64,000 nucleotides of DNA from an uncultured Gemmatimonadaceae bacterium. Its GTDB lineage: Bacteria > Gemmatimonadota > Gemmatimonadetes > Gemmatimonadales > Gemmatimonadaceae. Position numbers and translations under genes: made by a program. The notes beneath the pieces were generated by a model. That model made no database searches and was not told where the DNA came from. It worked only from the letters and a program-made list of their open reading frames with translations. The stretch spans positions 128,001 to 192,000 of the forward strand of contig CAWAGQ010000003.1 in NCBI GenBank assembly GCA_963781585.1, written 5' to 3'. Each line of letters begins with the position of its first letter. Position 1 is the stretch's first letter. Shown piece by piece: positions 48,393-57,462 of the stretch.

Positions 48393-50653
48393 AAGCCGGA
48401 GGTCGGAGGGCGGCGGCGGCGGGGAATGGCGAAGGGATTGGGGACTCCTCGAGGCGCCGGCCGCTTCGACGAATCGCCGGCGACGGTTCCGGCCGACCCC
48501 TGCAGACCGAAGGCGGCACGGGGCGGGATGGAAAACGGATTCGCGTCCGTGCAGAACCGATGGGGCTCGGTGCCAAGGAGGAAATATTCCGTGTACGAAT
48601 GCTCCAGACAGGCCGGCGTGGCGAGCAGTCCCGTTTGCGAGTCGATGTCGCGCGCGACCACCGAAGCCGGCATCGGCCAGTCCGGGGGGGCCGGTTTCCG
48701 CCGGTACGTCTCGAGCATGAAGGCGGTGTACGCGGGTGCAGCCAGCCGGCCACCCTGCGCGTTGACCATGATCTTCCTCGGTTTGTCGAACCCCATCCAG
48801 ACACCGGCCACCAGATCGGCCGTGTATCCGATGTACCACACGTCCGCGCCGTCGTTGGTGGTCCCGGTCTTGCCGCCGGAGGGTACGCGGAAACCGGCGC
48901 TCCAGACGCTGGCCGAGGCCGTCCCGCGGAGCACCACGTCCTTCATCATGCTCACCATGATCCACGCCTCGGACGGCGTGAGCACGACGGTGGACCTCGC
49001 GCTCGGCTGCCAGAGCAGGTTGCCCTCCTGATCCTCGACCCGGACGATCCCGTTAGGCTCGGTGCGCGTGCCAAGGTTCGCGAAGGTGGTGTAGGCCCCC
49101 ACCAGGTCCAGCGGGTAGACCTCGGCCGATCCGATGTGGATGGACGGATAGGGCGGAATGGGCGTACTGATGCCGAAGCGGCGCGCCTCGTCGACTACCG
49201 CCTGCTCACCGAGTTCCATGCCCAGCCTGATGGCGATCAGGTTGCGAGACATGTAGAGGCCCTGACGCATGGTCATCGGGCCCTCGAACTTGTTGTCGTA
49301 GTTCTGCGGGGTCCACAGCGATCCGTCCACCTGGGGCACGCTGATCGGCGCGTCGTCGATGAGCATCGACGGGGGCCGGCCGCTCTGGATCGCGGTCGAA
49401 TACACGATCGGCTTGAACGTGGAGCCGGGCTGGCGCATCGCCTGGGTGGCGCGATTGAACTTGGAATCGTCGTAGTCCCGGCCCCCCACCATCGCTCGTA
49501 CCGCGCCATCGCGCGGGTCGATCGCCACGAACGCCCCCTGCAGGTACGGCGACTCGGTGTCGAGATTCTCGTCGCGCACGCCGCGCGCGATGTACTGCTC
49601 ATACGTGAGATGCCGGTACGGACCCGACTTCCCTCCCTCAATCGCCCGGAGCTGATTCTCCAGTGCCCGTTCCGCCGCCGACTGCATGTCGAGATCGAGG
49701 GTGGTATACACTTTCAGACCCTGATCGTAGAGGCGATCACCGAACCGATCGTGGAGCTGCTGACGGACCCACTCGACGAAATACGGCGCGACCTCTCCCG
49801 ATTCGATGCGCCGCGCGAGGTGGAGCGGATAGGCCTTGGCCAGGCTGGCTGCCGACGAACTGACCTCGCCCTCACGCCGCATCAGCTCAATGATGGTGTT
49901 GCGGCGCTGGACGGCCCGCACCGGATAGCGGCGCGGATTGTATCGACCCGGGGCCTTGGGAAGCGCCGCCAGCGTCGCCGCCTCGGCAAGATTCAGATCG
50001 CGTACCGACTTGCCGAAATAGCGCTGGGCCGCCGTCTCGACGCCGTAGGCGCCGCTGCCGAGGTTGATCTGGTTCAGGTACAGCTCGAGAATCCGGTCCT
50101 TCGAGTAGCGGCGTTCGATGTCGCTTGCAACCCGGACCTCCTTCAGCTTGCGGACCAGCGACTTGAAGATCAGGGCCAGGGAGGACGAACGCTTCTCGCG
50201 CGAGATCTGCTCGGGGAAGACATTGCGCGCGAGCTGCATGGTGATGGTCGAGAAGCCCTGCTCGAACGAACGCGCGAGGAGGTCGCGCGCGGCCGCTCCG
50301 GGAATGCGCCAGAGGTCGACGCCGTGGTGCTGGTAGAAGCGCTTGTCCTCGATGGAAACGAAGGCGTCACTCACGACCCGCGGAATGGAATCGAGCGGCA
50401 CGAGCGTGCGCCGTTCCAGGCCAAGCTCACCCAGGAACCGGCCGTCCACGGCGTACAGGCGCGCGGTCTCGCGCGGCGAGTACTGCTCGAGCACGCCAAT
50501 GGAGGGGCACCGGTTCCCCTGGCACACCAGACTCCAGGCGGCGAGCGGAAGGGCCAGCGCGAACCCGGCGCCGAACGCCGCCGCGAACCCGAGCGCGCGC
50601 GTTAGGCCCGCATGACGGCGGACAAAGCGGTTCTGAAGGAATTCCGAGAACAT
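48389..50653 (-). CDS. Class A penicillin-binding protein (PBP1A)
   Basis: Transglycosylase EDKRFYQHHG, STITMQLARN, RKLKE; transpeptidase STFK, SRN, KTG. Confidence 0.95.
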   Translation of the reverse strand: MFSEFLQNRFVRRHAGLTRALGFAAAFGAGFALALPLAAWSLVCQGNRCPSIGVLEQYSPRETARLYAVDGRFLGELGLERRTLVPLDSIPRVVSDAFVSIEDKRFYQHHGVDLWRIPGAAARDLLARSFEQGFSTITMQLARNVFPEQISREKRSSSLALIFKSLVRKLKEVRVASDIERRYSKDRILELYLNQINLGSGAYGVETAAQRYFGKSVRDLNLAEAATLAALPKAPGRYNPRRYPVRAVQRRNTIIELMRREGEVSSSAASLAKAYPLHLARRIESGEVAPYFVEWVRQQLHDRFGDRLYDQGLKVYTTLDLDMQSAAERALENQLRAIEGGKSGPYRHLTYEQYIARGVRDENLDTESPYLQGAFVAIDPRDGAVRAMVGGRDYDDSKFNRATQAMRQPGSTFKPIVYSTAIQSGRPPSMLIDDAPISVPQVDGSLWTPQNYDNKFEGPMTMRQGLYMSRNLIAIRLGMELGEQAVVDEARRFGISTPIPPYPSIHIGSAEVYPLDLVGAYTTFANLGTRTEPNGIVRVEDQEGNLLWQPSARSTVVLTPSEAWIMVSMMKDVVLRGTASASVWSAGFRVPSGGKTGTTNDGADVWYIGYTADLVAGVWMGFDKPRKIMVNAQGGRLAAPAYTAFMLETYRRKPAPPDWPMPASVVARDIDSQTGLLATPACLEHSYTEYFLLGTEPHRFCTDANPFSIPPRAAFGLQGSAGTVAGDSSKRPAPRGVPNPFAIPRRRRPPTSGF

Positions 50654-50805
50654 GGACCAGGGTTGCGGACACGGGAGGCACCGGGCCCGCCGTGATGGAC
50701 CATTGTAAGGTTATCGGGCCACGCCGGCGTGAGCAACGAACCAGTGACGACGCCTCACGCACGCAGGCGATGTCATCGGTGCGGCGCCCGGCTATCTTGG
50801 TGCGC

Positions 50806-52110
50806 ATGCACCACCCGACCTTCCTGGACGAGCTCCGCTGGCGGGGCCTTCTTCACCAGTGCACCGAGGGCGCCGGGGAGGCGCTGACGCGCGGTCCGGT
50901 GGCCGGATATTGTGGGTTCGATCCGACCGCTCCGAGTCTGCACGTCGGCAGCCTGATTCCGGTGATGGGACTCGTGCACCTGCAACGTGCCGGCCACATT
51001 CCGGTGGTGCTGGTGGGTGGCGGCACCGGGTTGATCGGCGACCCGAGCGGTAAACCGAACGAGCGCCCACTGGCCGATCCGGCCGTCACCGAAGCGAATG
51101 CCGAAGGGGTGCGCGCCCAGCTCGCCCGCTTCGTGGATTTCAGCGGCCCCAATGCAGCCCGCTTGCGGGATAATCGCGACTGGCTGCAACCCCTCGGGGC
51201 GATCGAGTTCCTGCGCGATGTGGGAAAGCACTTCAGCGTCAACGCGATGCTGGCCAAGGAGTCGGTGCGGACACGACTCGAGGCCGGCATCTCGTTCACG
51301 GAATTCGCCTACATGCTGCTCCAGTCGTATGACTTCCTGGAGCTTTACCGCCGCGACGGTGTGACCCTGCAGATCGGCGGAAGCGATCAATGGGGCAACA
51401 TCACCATGGGCGTGGACCTCGTGCGGCGCACCGCAGCGGCCGAGGTTCACGGCGTCACGCTGCCGCTGATCACCCGCGCCGACGGATCCAAGTTCGGCAA
51501 GACGGAGAGCGGCAACGTGTGGCTGGACCGGCGCCTGACGCGCCCGTACGGCATGTACCAGTTCTGGGTCAATACCGACGACCGCGACGTGGGCCGATAT
51601 CTGCGCTGGTTCACCCTCCTGGAACACGACGAGATCGAGGCGCTGGAGCACGCGGCGACCGAGCGCCCGGAAACGCGCGAGGCGCAGGCCGCGCTGGCGC
51701 TCGACGTCACCGCACGGGTTCACGGAGACGAGGACGCGCGAACCGCGCGCGATGCCTCCCGCGTTCTGTTCGATCGCACCGCCGATCCCCGCTCCTTCCC
51801 GGCGGAGGTGTTCGCGGTGTTGCGTGACGAGATTCCGTTCAAGCGCCTGGAGACGGTGGCGCTCCCCACCGGGGCCGGCGGCACCTCTCTGTCGGTCCTC
51901 GACGCGTTGGTGGAAACCGGACTCGCCAAATCGAAGGGCGACGCACGCCGCCTGTTCCAGCAGGGCGCCGTCTCCGTCAACGGCCGGCGACTTGCCAGGG
52001 ACGAGCATTTTGTCGCCGGCGCCGAGGCCCTGGCGGGGTCGTACTTCCTGATCCGCAAGGGAGCGCGCGAGATGGCGCTGGTGGAGATCGCGCGGGAAGC
52101 GCAACACTGA
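50806..52110 (+). CDS. tyrS: Tyrosine--tRNA ligase
   Basis: YCGFDPTAPSLHVG, QIGGSDQWGNI, KFGKT, C-terminal S4 domain. Confidence 0.98.
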   Translation: MHHPTFLDELRWRGLLHQCTEGAGEALTRGPVAGYCGFDPTAPSLHVGSLIPVMGLVHLQRAGHIPVVLVGGGTGLIGDPSGKPNERPLADPAVTEANAEGVRAQLARFVDFSGPNAARLRDNRDWLQPLGAIEFLRDVGKHFSVNAMLAKESVRTRLEAGISFTEFAYMLLQSYDFLELYRRDGVTLQIGGSDQWGNITMGVDLVRRTAAAEVHGVTLPLITRADGSKFGKTESGNVWLDRRLTRPYGMYQFWVNTDDRDVGRYLRWFTLLEHDEIEALEHAATERPETREAQAALALDVTARVHGDEDARTARDASRVLFDRTADPRSFPAEVFAVLRDEIPFKRLETVALPTGAGGTSLSVLDALVETGLAKSKGDARRLFQQGAVSVNGRRLARDEHFVAGAEALAGSYFLIRKGAREMALVEIAREAQH

Positions 52111-52185
52111 GAACGCCCGCGCTGAGCGCTGAATTCGGACCGCGAAGGCGGAACCGCTGAATGCGGACCGCCCCCGGTGGCCCGC

Positions 52186-53364
52186 CTAGCCCGCGAGCAC
52201 ATCCAGCGCCCGCTCGACCTCCTGCTCCGACGTATAGAAATGGGGAGAGAGGCGGATGGCGCCTTCGCGGAGTGAATGCACCACACCGTGCTGCTCCAGG
52301 CGGCGTGAGGCAGCAACCGGGTCGGCGGGCGCCACCGAGACAACGCCGGCGCGACGCGATCGCTCCGCCGGCGTTACCAGCCTCACGCCCCGCTGCCGCC
52401 CGGTCCAGGCCACGATCTGTCCGGCGCGTTCCGCAACCAGGGCGTGAACCCGCGGCAGGCCTACCTCGAAGAACAGCTCCAGCGAGGCGTTCATTCCGGC
52501 GAAATCCTGAAACGGCAGCGTGATCACCTCGAACTTTCGCGCATCCTCGAGATAGCTCAGGTCGTAGTCGCAGAGCCGGGTAAAGTCGAGCGAGTTGCGC
52601 ACCGCCATCCACCCCACGTCGTGTGGCTCGAAGCGATCCACCAGCTCGCGCCGCACGTAGAGAAACCCGGCGCCCCACGGCGAGAGGAGCCATTTCTGGG
52701 CACCGCACGCGAGGAAGTCGATTCCGCACTCGTGGACGTCGAGCGGCGCCGTACCGACGCCCTGAATCGCATCCACCACGAAGTAGATGTCCCGCTCGCG
52801 GCACGCCGCCCCCAGTCGGGCGAGGTCCAGGCGGAGTCCCGTCTCGAACGACACCCACGCCACCGTCAGGACGCGCACCCGGGGATCGTCGAGTGCGCGC
52901 AGGAGGGCTGCCTCATCGGCGAGCCGGTCGTGGCACGGTACGCGCCGATAGCTGATCCCGCGCTCGCGTTCCAGCGCCATCCAGGGATACACGTTGGCGG
53001 GAAACTCCCGGTCGCTCGAAACGACCACATCGCCGGCCCGCAGGGGGAGCACGCGGGCGGCGAGGTTGAGCCCGTAGGTCGTGTTGACCATGAGGGCGAT
53101 CTCGTCCGGCGTCGCGCCGACCAGCCGGGCGCACAGCTCGCGCGAGCGCGTGAGCACGCCGAACTGGTCCTCGTGAGTGAGGCGCCACGGTTCACTGCGG
53201 CGGCGCTCGAACACATCCGTGGCGCGCGTGGAGCGCGCGGGAAGCGGGCCGGTGCTCGCGTGATTGAGGAAAATGACGTCGTCGCGCAACGTCCAAGGAA
53301 ACTCGCTGGCGCGCAGACGGTCCAGCCAGTCGCGTGCGCGCGGATCGGCTGACGATGCGCTCAT
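52186..53364 (-). CDS. Aminotransferase class V (cysteine desulfurase/IPN epimerase-like)
   Basis: FLNHAS, EFPANVYPW, DAIQ, QKWLLSPWGAG, IRLSPHFY. Confidence 0.9.
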   Translation of the reverse strand: MSASSADPRARDWLDRLRASEFPWTLRDDVIFLNHASTGPLPARSTRATDVFERRRSEPWRLTHEDQFGVLTRSRELCARLVGATPDEIALMVNTTYGLNLAARVLPLRAGDVVVSSDREFPANVYPWMALERERGISYRRVPCHDRLADEAALLRALDDPRVRVLTVAWVSFETGLRLDLARLGAACRERDIYFVVDAIQGVGTAPLDVHECGIDFLACGAQKWLLSPWGAGFLYVRRELVDRFEPHDVGWMAVRNSLDFTRLCDYDLSYLEDARKFEVITLPFQDFAGMNASLELFFEVGLPRVHALVAERAGQIVAWTGRQRGVRLVTPAERSRRAGVVSVAPADPVAASRRLEQHGVVHSLREGAIRLSPHFYTSEQEVERALDVLAG

Positions 53365-54311
53365 GGCACGGCTCCGAGCCTCGTGGCGAAGCGCGCCGGA
53401 TCGCGCAGCTCGGCCGGAGTATCCGGCGGCTGGCGCTTCCAGCGCCGGTGATGCCAGAAATACTGCTCGGGATAGCGTCGCACCCAGGACTCCAGGATCG
53501 CCGTGTAGCGCGCGACCACAGTGTCCACGTCCGCGTCGCGATCCCCGGTCGATGCCAGCGGCACGGGAGCGACCAGAAACCGGTAGCGGCCGTCACCCTC
53601 GCGCACTGCTGCGGCAGAAAAGACCGGCACCTCCGACCGGATGGCGAAGACCGCCGGGCCGCGAGGCGTCTTGGCCGGCCGCCCGAAGAACGGCACGAAG
53701 GTTGACGCGAGTCCCAGCACGCCCTGATCGGCCACGAAGGCCACGGCATGCCCCTCGCGGAGCGCGCGCGGCGTGCGCTTCACGGCATCCGCGTCGCGAA
53801 TGACGCGCATGCCACTCCGCTCGCGCGTCCGCGTCAGGTACTGGTCGAACAGTGGATTGTTCATGCGGCGCGTGATGGCCTCAATCGGGATTCCGCGGGC
53901 CGCCACGTATGCACCCGCCAACTCCCAGTTGCCAAGGTGACCGGTGATGAGAATCACGCCGCGTCCGGCGGCGTGGGCGCGCAGGACCGCGTCGAATCCG
54001 TCGGCCCCGCTGAACAGCTGGAGTATCTCCTCGCGGTCCAGCGAGGGGAGCAGAGCTGTTTCCACGGCGACCCGGCCGAGGTGGGCGTAGGCGCCTCGCG
54101 CGAGCCTGCGCACGCCGCGCTCGTCGACACCCGGGAAGGCGGCCGCGATCTGGCGCAGGACCACCGTCCGCCGGATTCCCAGCGGCGCGTACCCGATCAT
54201 CCCGGTGAGTTCACCGACACGCCGCGCCGCGGCGAGCGGGACGGCGCCGAGGAGCCCCACCGCGGCACGGACTGCGCCGTACTCCGCGCGATGAGCAAGC
54301 GACACCCTCAC
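53361..54311 (-). CDS. Lipid A late acyltransferase (LpxL/HtrB family)
   Basis: GHLGNWE, ADQ, VPFFGRPA, PEQYFWHHRRWK. Confidence 0.9.
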   Translation of the reverse strand: MRVSLAHRAEYGAVRAAVGLLGAVPLAAARRVGELTGMIGYAPLGIRRTVVLRQIAAAFPGVDERGVRRLARGAYAHLGRVAVETALLPSLDREEILQLFSGADGFDAVLRAHAAGRGVILITGHLGNWELAGAYVAARGIPIEAITRRMNNPLFDQYLTRTRERSGMRVIRDADAVKRTPRALREGHAVAFVADQGVLGLASTFVPFFGRPAKTPRGPAVFAIRSEVPVFSAAAVREGDGRYRFLVAPVPLASTGDRDADVDTVVARYTAILESWVRRYPEQYFWHHRRWKRQPPDTPAELRDPARFATRLGAVP

Positions 54312-54360
54312 GGCCCCGTTTCTCCCGGCGCGCCGGCACGGCGATCAGCGAGCCTGGCGG

Positions 54361-55542
54361 TCACGTGTGCCCTCCTCCCTGGGCAGCGTCGCGCGCGAAC
54401 GCGAGCGTATCGCGCGCGACGCGGTCCCAGTTGAAGTACTCCTCCACCGCCAGCCGGGCGCAGGCGCCGAATCGGCGACGGAGCGTCTCATCGTGCAGGA
54501 ACGTGCGCACGGCTCCGGCGACGGCGTCCGCATCGGTCGACGGCACAACCAGCCCCGTTTCCCCGTCGCGAACCGCGGAGCGCACGCCGCCCGAGTCGCC
54601 CGCCACCGAGGGCACGCCGCTGGCCGCCGCTTCCACGAAGGAGATGCCGAAGCCTTCGGCATCGATCGCCTGCTCCACCCGCGATGGACCGACGTACACG
54701 GTACTGGTTGCGTATGCGTCGGCCAGTTCATGGTCGCTCAACCGGCCCGCCAGCACCAGGCGATCGGACACGCCAAGCTCGCGCGCGAGGCGCGCCAGGC
54801 GTGAGCCATCGGGCCCTTCGCCAACCACGACGTAGCGCAGTGCCGGGAACTCGGGGGCCAGCTTGGCCAGGGCCCGGATGGCTACATCCTGTCCCTTGTG
54901 GGGCACCAGACGCGCCACCGTGATCATCACCGGCCGCGTACCTAACGAGAAGCGCCGGCGCAGGGCTCCGGTGTCGCACCGCGGCGCGAACTGCGCCGGA
55001 TCGGTCCCCAACGGAATGGCCCGGACCGGCGGCCTCCGCGTGAGACCCAGACGGCCCATCACGTCGCGCGCCAGTTCCGCCGTCCAGGCCGAAATCGCGA
55101 CCACGCCGCAGGCGCCGCCGAATATCCAGCGAGCCGCTCGGCGTTTCATCGGGCTCCGCATCTTCAGGTCGCGCTCCTTGAGAAGATCGCCGCCGTTGAC
55201 ATAGAGCACATAGGGTCGCCGCACACGGGCTCGCGCCAGCCACACCACGTAGCCGCAGGGCCGGATGTTGCCGCAGTGCACCAGGTCGACCCCGCGCAGG
55301 ACATCGGACGCCAGCGACGCCGCCCAGCGAACCTGGTTGGTGAACCGATTGGCGTGGCCGAACGGGAAGCGCTGTCGGTGGATGACGTACGGTTCGTGCG
55401 TGTCGAAGGCGTCGTCTTCCCGAAGGGCAACGGTGGACACAATGAGTTCGTCAGGCGCGAATCGCCGGCAGAGCTCCACGTGGCGTCGCGCCATACCCCC
55501 AAGGTCGGGACCGAAGTCCTGCGTGACGAAGAGGTGTTTCAC
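54361..55542 (-). CDS. Glycosyltransferase family 4
   Basis: TQDFGPDLGG, VARLVPHKG, EGFGISFVEA; GTG start at 55542. Confidence 0.9.
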   Translation of the reverse strand: MKHLFVTQDFGPDLGGMARRHVELCRRFAPDELIVSTVALREDDAFDTHEPYVIHRQRFPFGHANRFTNQVRWAASLASDVLRGVDLVHCGNIRPCGYVVWLARARVRRPYVLYVNGGDLLKERDLKMRSPMKRRAARWIFGGACGVVAISAWTAELARDVMGRLGLTRRPPVRAIPLGTDPAQFAPRCDTGALRRRFSLGTRPVMITVARLVPHKGQDVAIRALAKLAPEFPALRYVVVGEGPDGSRLARLARELGVSDRLVLAGRLSDHELADAYATSTVYVGPSRVEQAIDAEGFGISFVEAAASGVPSVAGDSGGVRSAVRDGETGLVVPSTDADAVAGAVRTFLHDETLRRRFGACARLAVEEYFNWDRVARDTLAFARDAAQGGGHT

Positions 55543-55556
55543 GAAGTGCCCGGCCC

Positions 55557-56345
55557 TCAACCGGCCGCGGAGCCGGCGCGCTCGCCCCGGCCCAACGCCC
55601 ACAGATGTGCATATTTGGCGGCGACACTCACCGACGCGAGGACCGCGAGGACCACGCCATGCCCCCCGTCGCGCCAGCCGCCACGGACCAGGTAGGTCGA
55701 GACGAAACGCGCCGGCGGCTTGAGCAGCACCATCCAGATGCGTCCCCGGCGACCGCCGGCGTGGTGCTGGCGTGCCCAATCGCGGCTGTATCGTGTGAGC
55801 TTCTCGAAGTACTCGTCCAGGGAGGTGTACGGTTCGTGCCGCAATGGCTGCTCGAGCAGACCGACCGGCCCGTTGGTGACGACGTGCTCGTGTACCGGAC
55901 GTTCATCGTAGCGCAGGCTGCGCCGGAAGAGGCGCACGGGGTTGTCGCTCGAGGCGCCCCAGCCACCGTGGCGGATCACGCGTCCGAAAAAGACGTTCTC
56001 CCGCGGCACCCGAAACGCCTCCGGGGAACCGGCCGCCGCCACGCAGCGGCGCACCGCGGCGCCCAGCGCGGGCGACGCGCGCTCGTCGGCGTCGAGCACC
56101 AGCACCCAGTCCTGCGACGCTCGCGCAATGGCGGCGTTGCGTTGCGCGCCGATGGACCGGAACGGATGACTGAACACCTGCGCGCCGGCGTCGCGTGCCC
56201 GAGCCACCGTATCGTCAGCCGAGTCGTTCTCGACAACCAGGATCTGGGCGGCCCAGTCGACGCTGCGCAGGCAGTCAGTGATCTGCCGGCCCTCGTTGCG
56301 CGCCGCGATCACGACCGAGACCGGGACCGGGTCGCCAGAAGTCAC
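55557..56345 (-). CDS. Glycosyltransferase family 2 (WaaE/KdtX-like LPS core enzyme)
   Basis: SVVIAARNE, QRN.AI, LDADE, VHE, GGWRDG. Confidence 0.88.
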   Translation of the reverse strand: MTSGDPVPVSVVIAARNEGRQITDCLRSVDWAAQILVVENDSADDTVARARDAGAQVFSHPFRSIGAQRNAAIARASQDWVLVLDADERASPALGAAVRRCVAAAGSPEAFRVPRENVFFGRVIRHGGWGASSDNPVRLFRRSLRYDERPVHEHVVTNGPVGLLEQPLRHEPYTSLDEYFEKLTRYSRDWARQHHAGGRRGRIWMVLLKPPARFVSTYLVRGGWRDGGHGVVLAVLASVSVAAKYAHLWALGRGERAGSAAG

Positions 56346-57406
56346 CGGCTCACCGTGGCCCGCTCGTGCGCCACACGGGCCGCCTGCTCGAATCCGTTGG
56401 CCAGGTCGCGCTCAGTGAACTCCCGCGCGGCGCGGTCACGGGCGGCGCGACCCGCCCGCATCAGTCGCGCGGGATGCGCGGCGTACCGCGCCAGGGTGGC
56501 CGCCAGGACCGGCGGTTGCAACGCCGGGAAGAGCTCACCATGCACGCCCGACGTGATGAATCGCTCGGTCACCTGCGTTCGCGGAGCGAACACCGGCAGG
56601 GATCGCGCCATGCCGGCCAAACACCCGAACGCTGCCTCGTCGCCATCGGCCGTGACCCAGACGACATCGCACGAGCGCAGCAGATCGTCCTCGCCGTGAC
56701 GGATCTCGACCATCGGCGCGATCCGCAGCGCCGCCGCCTGGAGCCGCAGGTCATCCACGGGAAGGCCCGTCCCGCCAAGCGCCAGGTGCACCCGAGGATG
56801 ACGCTCGGCGAGCAGGGCCACCGTCCGCAGCACGTTGAGCACGTGCGGCCGGGCCGCCGGGGACGCGATACACGCCAGCCGCGGCGCGCCACGATCGGTG
56901 ACGGAAGCGAGTACGCGCGGCCCGGTCGGCGACTCGATTCCCAGGTCACCGCGGACGACTTCGGTGCGCGGCCAGGTAACGCCGTCGGGGGGAGCGGTGC
57001 CGGTGAACAGGAACGTCCCGGGCGCGAAGCGCCTGGCGAGGCGCGTGCGCCACCCGGTGACCGGCAGGTCGCCGGCCGCGAGCCGCCGCACCACGGCGCC
57101 GCGTCCGGCCAGGCGCACGGCGACCGACGCGGCCAGATCATCCCGCTCGTTATGCACGAACACGGCGTCGAGGAACCGGTCGCGCACTACCCGCCGCAGG
57201 TCACGAATCCGACCGGCGAGGGTCGGGGCGGGCCGGACCGGTTCGGTCTCCCACCCGCGGTCGCGGCAGCGGCTTTCCAGCGGGGACCCGGCCGGACAGG
57301 CGACGGTGACGTCGTATCCGCGAGCCACGAGCACCCGGGCCGCGGCAAAGAACGCGCGCGCCCTCCCCGACCATCCTGTGGACGCATCGTGCAGGAGGAG
57401 GCGCAT
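56342..57406 (-). CDS. GT-B/GT4-like glycosyltransferase with an atypical motif
   Basis: GT4 N-terminal pattern (WSGRAR...GYDVTVAC) and C-terminal DEAAFGCLAGMARSLPV. Confidence 0.7.
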   Translation of the reverse strand: MRLLLHDASTGWSGRARAFFAAARVLVARGYDVTVACPAGSPLESRCRDRGWETEPVRPAPTLAGRIRDLRRVVRDRFLDAVFVHNERDDLAASVAVRLAGRGAVVRRLAAGDLPVTGWRTRLARRFAPGTFLFTGTAPPDGVTWPRTEVVRGDLGIESPTGPRVLASVTDRGAPRLACIASPAARPHVLNVLRTVALLAERHPRVHLALGGTGLPVDDLRLQAAALRIAPMVEIRHGEDDLLRSCDVVWVTADGDEAAFGCLAGMARSLPVFAPRTQVTERFITSGVHGELFPALQPPVLAATLARYAAHPARLMRAGRAARDRAAREFTERDLANGFEQAARVAHERATVSR

Positions 57407-57462
57407 GTCCTATCGATCGGGATCCGGCGACCGCGCCTCGGAGTCGTCTCGCACGATCCTCT

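Noticed and set aside
47046..48965. 639-aa version of the amidohydrolase
   Set aside because: The extension overlaps the PBP1A gene out of frame and has no family similarity.
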